NCBI GenBank assembly: GCA_023485845.1
Contig: JAMCZE010000014.1
Span: forward strand, 1 to 63,991
From: Patescibacteria group bacterium
Lineage (GTDB): Bacteria; Patescibacteriota; Microgenomatia; JAMCZE01
DNA: 63,991 bases
Direction of reading: 5' to 3'
The position numbers were made by a program, and so were the translations under genes. This document shows positions 18,131 to 24,583 of the stretch, in pieces (position 1 is the stretch's first letter; each line of letters opens with the position of its first letter). A model generated the notes under the pieces. That model did no database searches, had not been told where the DNA came from, and saw only the letters and a list, made by a program, of their open reading frames with translations.

Positions 18131-18861
18131 ATACCAAATAATATTTGCGCGTTTTTAGAGGTGATTTTTGATAACTCCTCTAGACTTATAGATTTAAGAT
18201 CAGCCAGGAATTGCACGGTAATTTTAACATTTGCGGGCGTGTTTTGCGAACCGCGCAATGGATGGGGAGCAAGGAAGGGAGAATCGGTCTCAACGAGTAA
18301 TCTTTCCAACGGCACTAATTTAGCCAATTGTTGCAACCCCGACGCATTTTTAAACGTGACGTTCCCGGCAAAAGAGATATAAAAGTCCGGTAATTTTGTC
18401 AGGATAAAATTTAAATATCTTTCGTCGCCGGAAAAACAATGAAACACGCCGCGCGTTCCGGCTAAATCCATTTTCATCAAATCATCCTGGGCGTCACGGA
18501 TGTGAATTGATAGAGGTAAGTTTAATTTTCTGGCAATCCCGATTTGTTTTTCAAAAATTTCTTTCTGGCCCGGCAGTCCCACTTTATAATCCAGGCCACA
18601 TTCACCAATGGCGGCAACTCTTGGCATCTGGGCTAACTGCTCGAACTTTCCCCAATTGGCACATGATTCTTCGGGATGAATGCCAACGGCGGCATAAACA
18701 CCGTCATGGTTTTGGGCGATTTCAATTCCTTCTTGGGAGTCTTCTAACGTCGTTCCGATAGTGATGATTTTTTCCACCCCGGCGTCTTTTGCCTGGGCCA
18801 GGGTCTGGTCCACATCCGGGCAAAATTTTTTGGTGAGGTGGCAGTGGGAGTCAATTAGCAT
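18127..18861 (-). CDS. tatD: TatD-family metal-dependent hydrolase/DNase
   Basis: MLIDSHCHL..., GECGLDY, ETDSPFLAP. Confidence 0.9.
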   Translation of the reverse strand: MLIDSHCHLTKKFCPDVDQTLAQAKDAGVEKIITIGTTLEDSQEGIEIAQNHDGVYAAVGIHPEESCANWGKFEQLAQMPRVAAIGECGLDYKVGLPGQKEIFEKQIGIARKLNLPLSIHIRDAQDDLMKMDLAGTRGVFHCFSGDERYLNFILTKLPDFYISFAGNVTFKNASGLQQLAKLVPLERLLVETDSPFLAPHPLRGSQNTPANVKITVQFLADLKSISLEELSKITSKNAQILFGI

Positions 18862-19148
18862 GAGGCCAGCTTCTCAATAGTCCACATTCGTAACAAAGAA
18901 GATGTGGACAACCCAAGATTTCTAGCTATTTTTTCAAGCTCACTTTTTAAGTTTTTTTGTAAGCGGAAAGTAAGAGTTTCTTCTTTTATCGAATCGGTGA
19001 CCTCAAAGCGAATATTTAAGGGTTTTGAAAAATCAAAATAGTCTGTGAAGCTATGGGTATCCCAAAAAATCGCCTCCTCAAGGCTGGTTTTGAACTTTGG
19101 CAAAGGCCTAAGCATTTTCTTTTTCTTTTTTGCTTTGCTCGTATTCAT
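18855..19148 (-). CDS. brnA: BrnA-like (CopG/RHH) antitoxin
   Basis: EEAIFWDTHSFTDYFD and an RHH-like C-terminus. Directly downstream of the DUF497-like gene. The real start may be the internal ATG at 19115. Confidence 0.55.
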   Translation of the reverse strand: MNTSKAKKKKKMLRPLPKFKTSLEEAIFWDTHSFTDYFDFSKPLNIRFEVTDSIKEETLTFRLQKNLKSELEKIARNLGLSTSSLLRMWTIEKLASC

Positions 19149-19404
19149 AAAAGGTTTTCCTTTCTTTTTCGTCAGCGTCTCTTGCTGTTTTAAGTTTGAG
19201 TTTGTTTCCTGTCATCTCCACAATGACTGATAAGATTCTTCTTCCCACTCGACCAACAAGGATCTTCCTCCTTGAATGTCCTTCTAAAATCAAAGCGTCA
19301 GAATTAATTACTGTTTTAACCTCTTCGATTGCAACTCTGTGCAATCCAATATGCTCTCCAATTCCCTTGTCCAAAATTATTTTTTGAATCCTGACAATTG
19401 TCAT
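19108..19404 (-). CDS. brnT: BrnT-like (DUF497) toxin
   Basis: The C-terminal LKLKTARDADEKERKTFYE resembles the BrnT ...ISARKA..ER..Y pattern. Small gene paired with a CopG-like gene. Confidence 0.5.
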   Translation of the reverse strand: MTIVRIQKIILDKGIGEHIGLHRVAIEEVKTVINSDALILEGHSRRKILVGRVGRRILSVIVEMTGNKLKLKTARDADEKERKTFYEYEQSKKEKENA

Positions 19405-19442
19405 GTATATTGTAATACCTTGTCTTACATTTTGTCAATGGT

Positions 19443-20123
19443 CTATAACTTAGTATACGACTTTCCGGGCCGGGTTTTGCGGCCAATCTCAGCATTGATC
19501 CGGTCCCAAACCGGCCGCATCTTCCAATATGACGACTTGCCGTTAACCCGGTAGTAGATGGCAGAAAAGAGGGGGGTTTTGACAATGTCATATCCCCGGG
19601 CCAACATTTCGCAGGCCCAATCGTAATCTTCACTTCCCTCAATCAGTCTTTCGTCAAACGGGTAAATTCTCCAAAGATCTCTTCTGATAAGACTATTGGT
19701 GTTTGTCAACCACGGGCAACGATGCTGTTCGCTGCGAAGGCGCATTGCTTTAAGAAATAGTTTGGAATTAGCGAAGTGACTGTGACTGTCAGCGTAATAA
19801 CCAGTGACTGCTGCAACTTTTTTGTCCGCGAAAAACTTCAGCCCGTCGGCATAGAAATTTTCTCCTTGGGGCACACTGTGGCCGCTGAGAATTCCAATAT
19901 ATTGTCCTTTTGATTTGTTTATACCCAAATTGAGAGCATAGCTATAGTTAAAGTCTCCCGGTTCTATTTGAATAAGTCGGACCGAAAATTTCCTAATGAT
20001 TTCCAGAGTTTTGTCGGTTGATCCCGAGTCAACGATAATAATCTCAAAATCCTGACGGGTTTGTTTTTTTAAAGCCGCTAAAACTTCACCGATATGTCGT
20101 TCTTCGTTTTTGGTTCGGATCAC
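19443..20123 (-). CDS. Family 2 glycosyltransferase (open frame after an in-frame TGA)
   Basis: IRTKNEERHIG...FEIIIVDSGSTDKT. GTG at 20123 follows TGA 20124-20126. An ATG at 20150 overlaps the metG stop. Confidence 0.8.
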   Translation of the reverse strand: MIRTKNEERHIGEVLAALKKQTRQDFEIIIVDSGSTDKTLEIIRKFSVRLIQIEPGDFNYSYALNLGINKSKGQYIGILSGHSVPQGENFYADGLKFFADKKVAAVTGYYADSHSHFANSKLFLKAMRLRSEQHRCPWLTNTNSLIRRDLWRIYPFDERLIEGSEDYDWACEMLARGYDIVKTPLFSAIYYRVNGKSSYWKMRPVWDRINAEIGRKTRPGKSYTKL

Positions 20124-20146
20124 TCATGAGGTGGTAACTTTGGATG

Positions 20147-21538
20147 TCATGAGATTCTCGGAAACAATGGGTCACCACTTTTGATTTTTCCGGAAAACTG
20201 TTGCTGGATTTTTTGCGCCGTTTCCGGAAGGAAGGGCTGCAAATTGTATGCAATTTGGCAAATTTGCGGAATAATTTTTTGCAGAAATTCCGTCAGCTTT
20301 TCTCCTTCCAGCTTCCAAGGCTCATTGCTGTCAATTAATGCGTCGGCCGCGGTAATCTTCTGCCAAATAAATTCTAAGGCCAAATCTACCCGGAAACCAT
20401 TGAGATGAGAAATAACTTCAGGTTCTAGGTTATAGGTTCTAGGTTCTAGATGAAGATCAACTTTCTCCGCTAATTTTGCCACCCGAGCGACTAAGTTTCC
20501 CAGCCCATTGGCCAGGTCAGCATTATAAACTTCCTTCAATTTCTCCCAGGTAATGTCCACGTCGTTGGTCAGCGGGCCGTAGCGCAGGAAGAAATAGCGC
20601 ACACCGTCAGTGGTGTATTTCTTTGTTAGATCCGACGGCAAAATGACATTGCCCAGTGACTTGCTAATCCGCTGGCCACCGAGAGAATAGAAATCATGAA
20701 CCAGGATAGTTTTTGGCAACTGGTAGCCGGCGGATTTTAACATTGCCGGCCAATAGATGGCATGAAATCGCTGGTTGTCCTTTCCCAAAACATGGACATC
20801 AGCCGGCCAACAGTTTTCCTCCACACCGTATGTCAAATAATTTATTAAGGCATCGAACCAGACGTAGATGACGTGATTGGGATCATCGGGGACAGGAATT
20901 CCCCAGGATAGGTTCTTTTTTAGCCGACTGACGGAGAAATCCTTCAGACCGCCCCTAATAAAACTAAGGATTTCCTCCCTTTTCTTGTCCGGCCACACAA
21001 ATTCGGGGTGCTCAAGAATATATTTTTCTAACCAATCTTGATATTTTGATAACCGGAAAAAATAGTTTTCTTCCGTTAAATGTTGAATTTCTTTGGACGG
21101 GTGGAAAGGACACTTGCCGTTGACTAGGTCCTTCTTCTCATAATAGGCTTCGCATCCCTCGCAATAGAGACCTTCATACTTGTTTAGATAAATATCGCCG
21201 GCGGCTTTGGATTTCAGATAAAATTCCTGGGCAAATTTTTTATGGTCCTTGTCAGTTGTCCGGATGAAACGATCATAGGAGATGTTAAGATTTTTCCATT
21301 GCTTTTTGTCTTTGGCGGAAATTTCATCGACAAATTCTTGTGGATCAATCCCGCGGGACTTGGCGCTTTTTTCATTTTTTTGTCCATATTCATCTGTTCC
21401 GGTCAGGAAATGGGTCTGGTCGCCAAGCAGGCGATGGTAGCGTGCCAGAGAGTCGGCCAGGATTTTCTGATAGGCATGACCGATGTGAATCACGTCGTTG
21501 GTGTAGTCAATAGCGGTAGTGATGTAAAATTTATTCAT
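20147..21538 (-). CDS. metG: Methionyl-tRNA synthetase
   Basis: HIGHAY (HIGH), a Cys-rich knuckle and a RISKSLGN (KMSKS-like) motif. Confidence 0.95.
   Translation of the reverse strand: MNKFYITTAIDYTNDVIHIGHAYQKILADSLARYHRLLGDQTHFLTGTDEYGQKNEKSAKSRGIDPQEFVDEISAKDKKQWKNLNISYDRFIRTTDKDHKKFAQEFYLKSKAAGDIYLNKYEGLYCEGCEAYYEKKDLVNGKCPFHPSKEIQHLTEENYFFRLSKYQDWLEKYILEHPEFVWPDKKREEILSFIRGGLKDFSVSRLKKNLSWGIPVPDDPNHVIYVWFDALINYLTYGVEENCWPADVHVLGKDNQRFHAIYWPAMLKSAGYQLPKTILVHDFYSLGGQRISKSLGNVILPSDLTKKYTTDGVRYFFLRYGPLTNDVDITWEKLKEVYNADLANGLGNLVARVAKLAEKVDLHLEPRTYNLEPEVISHLNGFRVDLALEFIWQKITAADALIDSNEPWKLEGEKLTEFLQKIIPQICQIAYNLQPFLPETAQKIQQQFSGKIKSGDPLFPRIS
20421..20448. repeat. Heptanucleotide tandem tract GGTTCTA GGTTATA GGTTCTA GGTTCTA inside metG
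   Basis: Four phased 7-mers encoding LEPRTYNLEP. Near-identical to the tpiA tract. Confidence 0.8.
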
Positions 21539-21900
21539 TTTTTAGCTAGATATAGCGCCAATAATACCAAAAATACCACAAAGAGTGCCAGGTTGAAGAG
21601 GGTTAAGAGGCTGACGGCTTTAAGAAAAAGCAAAAAGGAAACAGCTAGGGAAAGTAGCAGCGATTTATCAACGTCTAAAAATAAACTTAAAAACAATAGT
21701 AAGGCGATAAATAGCAGCAAACCAAGAAACACAATGTTGCCCAACTCCGGCGGCGTTTGAAAAATTAGGTAGCCAAGACTGGCAAGACAGGCCACCAGGA
21801 CGATTACTTTTGCCGACAAAACATATTTTTGCAGCCGGCGCAGTGCTACAATGATCTTGGTGGACGAAAGTGTCATCATCATTATCATAGCACTGGTCAT
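21535..21900 (-). CDS. Small polytopic membrane protein
   Basis: Hydrophobic 121-aa ORF. Its stop overlaps the metG start (ATGA). Confidence 0.5.
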   Translation of the reverse strand: MTSAMIMMMTLSSTKIIVALRRLQKYVLSAKVIVLVACLASLGYLIFQTPPELGNIVFLGLLLFIALLLFLSLFLDVDKSLLLSLAVSFLLFLKAVSLLTLFNLALFVVFLVLLALYLAKK

Positions 21901-22744
21901 TGCTACGGCGACGATTATTTACTTTTTACGGCCCAGAAAGGATGCCACCTTGGTTCAGTGGCTTGCTTCAATGGATAAGCGGTTGGACTATCAAACTCAG
22001 CAAATCCTGCAATCACAACGGACAATCGGGGAGATGAGCGAAATCGGCAAGTCCATGAAAGACCTGCAGGAATTTTTAGTTTCGCCGAAGCTGCGCGGTG
22101 GTCTTGGTGAGCAAGTTCTCAAGGAGCTTTTGACCCAAAGTTTGCCCAAACAAAGTTTTAATTTGCAATACACGTTTGCCTCTGGGGTTCGAGTGGACGC
22201 AGCCATTAAAACCACTTCCGGCATTATTCCCATTGATTCCAAATTCACTATGGAAAACTTCAAAAAAATGCACCAGGACAAATCCTTCGAAAAAGATTTT
22301 GTTCGCGATGTTAAGGCCCGGATTGACGAAGTTGCTGGCAAATACATTTTGCCGGATGAAGGGACGGTGGATTTTGCCCTAATGTATGTTCCCAGCGAGG
22401 CGGTTTATTATGAAATTGTTAACAGCGAAGCAGGGCTGATGGATTATGCCTACAAGCAGCGGGTCATGCCCGTTTCCCCCTCCACTTTCTATGCCTTTTT
22501 GCGCTCTATTCTGTTGTCTTTTGAAGGTCAGAAGATTGCCGCGGAAATTAAAACTATTCAGCAGGCTCTGCGGGCAATCCGCACGGAAACTTCTAAATTT
22601 GGAGAGCTGCTGGCCACTCTTCAAACCCACGTTAACAATTCTTATTCCATAATGTCCCGCATTTCCACTTCCTTTGCCAATTTGTCTTCTAAGGTGGATA
22701 ATGTCCAATCTCTTGGCGCCGGAGAAAAAACTAAAGAAACTTGA
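21851..22744 (+). CDS. rmuC: DNA recombination protein RmuC
   Basis: N-terminal TM helix, LRGGLGEQVLKELL, IPIDSKF, ALMYVPSEAVYYE. Confidence 0.8.
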   Translation: MILVDESVIIIIIALVIATATIIYFLRPRKDATLVQWLASMDKRLDYQTQQILQSQRTIGEMSEIGKSMKDLQEFLVSPKLRGGLGEQVLKELLTQSLPKQSFNLQYTFASGVRVDAAIKTTSGIIPIDSKFTMENFKKMHQDKSFEKDFVRDVKARIDEVAGKYILPDEGTVDFALMYVPSEAVYYEIVNSEAGLMDYAYKQRVMPVSPSTFYAFLRSILLSFEGQKIAAEIKTIQQALRAIRTETSKFGELLATLQTHVNNSYSIMSRISTSFANLSSKVDNVQSLGAGEKTKET

Positions 22745-23204
22745 AAGTGGAAAGAATATCGGGATCTGGGGATGGGAATTCGGAGAGTGAACCTTTTGCC
22801 TGAAGGTTATATCGCATACTAATTTCGTAACCTTTTCCGTTCTTAATCACAAAAATCGTGACAGTTGATCCACCAGCCTGTTTGCTGTAGGGAGTAACGG
22901 CCTTTATGGCGTCTAAGCCGTCAAACTTTATTTTGGTTTTTTCTGTATAAACGGTGTTGTTCGTAATGAACTCCTCAAAAGAAGTTGTGACAACGGGTGT
23001 TACTTGAAATAAATCAATATTCCCCGAGGCACAATTGTTATCTTTTCTTGCCCAGGGGCACATGACATAGTGTTGGCCCAAAATCCAACCTTTTGGGTAT
23101 GAAAACGAATAATCTCCCTCGCTACTTACATAGCTACTTACATATGTCATATGTTTCCAATTTGCCATCTCTGCAGAATCAGTTGAATCTCTTTTAGGGT
23201 TCAT
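22731..23204 (-). CDS. Hypothetical protein, possibly the C-terminal part of an IS-split secreted protein
   Basis: No signal peptide although the composition looks extracytoplasmic. The start abuts the IS200 left end. Confidence 0.45.
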   Translation of the reverse strand: MNPKRDSTDSAEMANWKHMTYVSSYVSSEGDYSFSYPKGWILGQHYVMCPWARKDNNCASGNIDLFQVTPVVTTSFEEFITNNTVYTEKTKIKFDGLDAIKAVTPYSKQAGGSTVTIFVIKNGKGYEISMRYNLQAKGSLSEFPSPDPDILSTFKFL

Positions 23205-23208
23205 TCCC

Positions 23209-23223
23209 CGCGGCTTTGCCGCG
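23209..23223 (+). repeat. IS200 left-end hairpin
   Basis: CGCGGC-ttt-GCCGCG immediately 5' of and overlapping the tnpA start. Confidence 0.5.
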
Positions 23224-23689
23224 AGAGGGTAAAATTGTATGCGTGAGTATCTACATACACAAAGCGCACAATGTCTCGGTGCTTTTGTACCATCTGGTTT
23301 GTGTGGCCAAGGGAAGGCAACTCGTGATCTCGACAGAGGTGGATGCCCAACTAAAACAGATCTGTCAGGAAATTTCCCAAAGGTACGAGATGCATTTTGT
23401 GGAGATTGGGGCCGACGGTGATCATGTCCATTTTTTGATCCAGTCAGTGCCTACATATTCTCCTACCAAAATTGCCAGAACGGTCAAAAGTATCCTGGCC
23501 CGGGAACTTCTCAAACGAGTTGCCGGGTTGAGGGAAAGCCTTTGGGGAGCCCAGTTTTGGACTGACGGGTATTTCGTAAATTCAGTAGGACGAAGCAATT
23601 CTGAGACAGTCATCCAAAAGTACATCAGAAACCAAGGAAGACCAAAAGACTATGTCCAAATATCAAAAGACCAACTCAGGCTATTTTAG
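23216..23689 (+). CDS. tnpA: IS200/IS605 family Y1 (HUH) transposase TnpA
   Basis: YHLVCVAKGR..., the HUH motif DHVHFLIQ, and the C-terminal catalytic-Tyr region VIQKYIRNQ. The exact start is uncertain (the track uses TTG). Confidence 0.9.
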   Translation: MPREGKIVCVSIYIHKAHNVSVLLYHLVCVAKGRQLVISTEVDAQLKQICQEISQRYEMHFVEIGADGDHVHFLIQSVPTYSPTKIARTVKSILARELLKRVAGLRESLWGAQFWTDGYFVNSVGRSNSETVIQKYIRNQGRPKDYVQISKDQLRLF

Positions 23690-23700
23690 CAATGCAGATG

Positions 23701-23720
23701 CCTCGCAGCTTGCTGCGAGG
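23701..23720 (+). repeat. IS200 right-end subterminal hairpin (copy B)
   Basis: CCTCGCAG-cttg-CTGCGAGG. Confidence 0.7.
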
Positions 23721-23724
23721 AGTG

Positions 23725-23994
23725 TCACTTGGAGCTAGTGGTCGGTGGCTGCAGGTTTTTCTTTTCTGCGTCGCTGATTGGTTGGGTGACTTCCCTGCCG
23801 TCCGAAGTCACGCACCGTCCGGGATACATTAAAAGCATTCTGACACCGGGAATTTTGATGCATTCATCCCAGGTCAGTGGTCCATTATTGATGTTCTGTT
23901 GTCTTTGCCACCATAAAATCCCTCCGGTGGCTAGCAAAACAACTGCCATGCAGATCAAGGTCAAAAGCAAAATGTTGCCTCTTGAGGAACGCAT
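23725..23994 (-). CDS. Signal-anchored small protein, probably the N-terminal part of an IS-split gene
   Basis: N-terminal TM helix. The stop codon (23725-23727) lies inside the IS200 terminal sequence. Confidence 0.5.
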   Translation of the reverse strand: MRSSRGNILLLTLICMAVVLLATGGILWWQRQQNINNGPLTWDECIKIPGVRMLLMYPGRCVTSDGREVTQPISDAEKKNLQPPTTSSK

Positions 23995-24017
23995 GACTTC
24001 ATCATACAGGACAAGGA

Positions 24018-24245
24018 CTAGGCTTTCAATAATTGAAGGTATCTGTTTCTGGAAATTCCGGCAGTGCGAAGATTATTAAGGACAATGAAAACCGGGATTT
24101 CGCTATACATTGGAATAACGACCGGGCGAATTGCGCCGGGTTTCTTATAAACTAGATGGTCGCCCTTTTGGTGGGAGAATTTCCAGCCGTCTTTTTCAAA
24201 AACCTTGCACAGGACTCGGTAGTGGGGCGGTTTCAGGCTAGCCAT
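24018..24245 (-). CDS. hicA: HicA-family mRNA interferase toxin
   Basis: KVFEKDGWKFSHQKGDHLVYKKPG pattern, 75 aa. Confidence 0.8.
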   Translation of the reverse strand: MASLKPPHYRVLCKVFEKDGWKFSHQKGDHLVYKKPGAIRPVVIPMYSEIPVFIVLNNLRTAGISRNRYLQLLKA

Positions 24246-24547
24246 TGCATCTGGGATTTTAATTGTTTGGGAACCTGAAAGAAAAATGGTTCAAAACTGA
24301 CTTTCGGACGAGTCAGGTGGTGTCCGCTTTTGTTATAACCAACTGACTCCAAATATTCTCCGAGCGTCCCCTCTTTGGCTGCTTCTTCCAAAATAATCTC
24401 AATGGCTTCCCTAAGCATTTCGCGGGCCTTGTCCTCTGTTTTCCCGCAGGAGGAAATATCCAGTTCCGGACAATAGGCCACATATGGCGCGTCCCCGGAA
24501 GAGTTATCAAAAATAATTTTTGTGGTGATGGGTAAAGTCAAAGACAT
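24233..24547 (-). CDS. hicB: HicB-like antitoxin
   Basis: Overlaps hicA upstream. YVAYCPELDISSCGKTEDKAREMLREAIE is a HicB N-domain-like segment. Confidence 0.65.
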   Translation of the reverse strand: MSLTLPITTKIIFDNSSGDAPYVAYCPELDISSCGKTEDKAREMLREAIEIILEEAAKEGTLGEYLESVGYNKSGHHLTRPKVSFEPFFFQVPKQLKSQMQWLA

Positions 24548-24583
24548 AAAGTCATTATACTACATTGGGGTATAATCGGGGCG

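Larger units (their letters stand above)
23190..23731 (+). mobile_element. IS200/IS605-family insertion sequence, copy B (left boundary approximate)
   Basis: tnpA flanked by a left hairpin (23209-23223) and a right hairpin (23701-20). The right boundary is set by the loss of identity with copy A. Confidence 0.8.

Noticed and set aside
20124-20126. In-frame TGA as evidence for genome-wide UGA recoding (code 25 / code 4).
   Set aside because: TGA clearly terminates many conserved genes here (metG, rplP, rpoC, rplF, secY, rpsE), and all housekeeping ORFs are intact under the standard code.
129-23603. The 23.5-kb segment between the two IS200 copies considered as a composite transposon.
   Set aside because: It contains core housekeeping genes (tpiA, metG, uvrD, tatD), and IS200/IS605 elements do not normally form composite transposons. 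Only the first ~5.7 kb is compositionally foreign.
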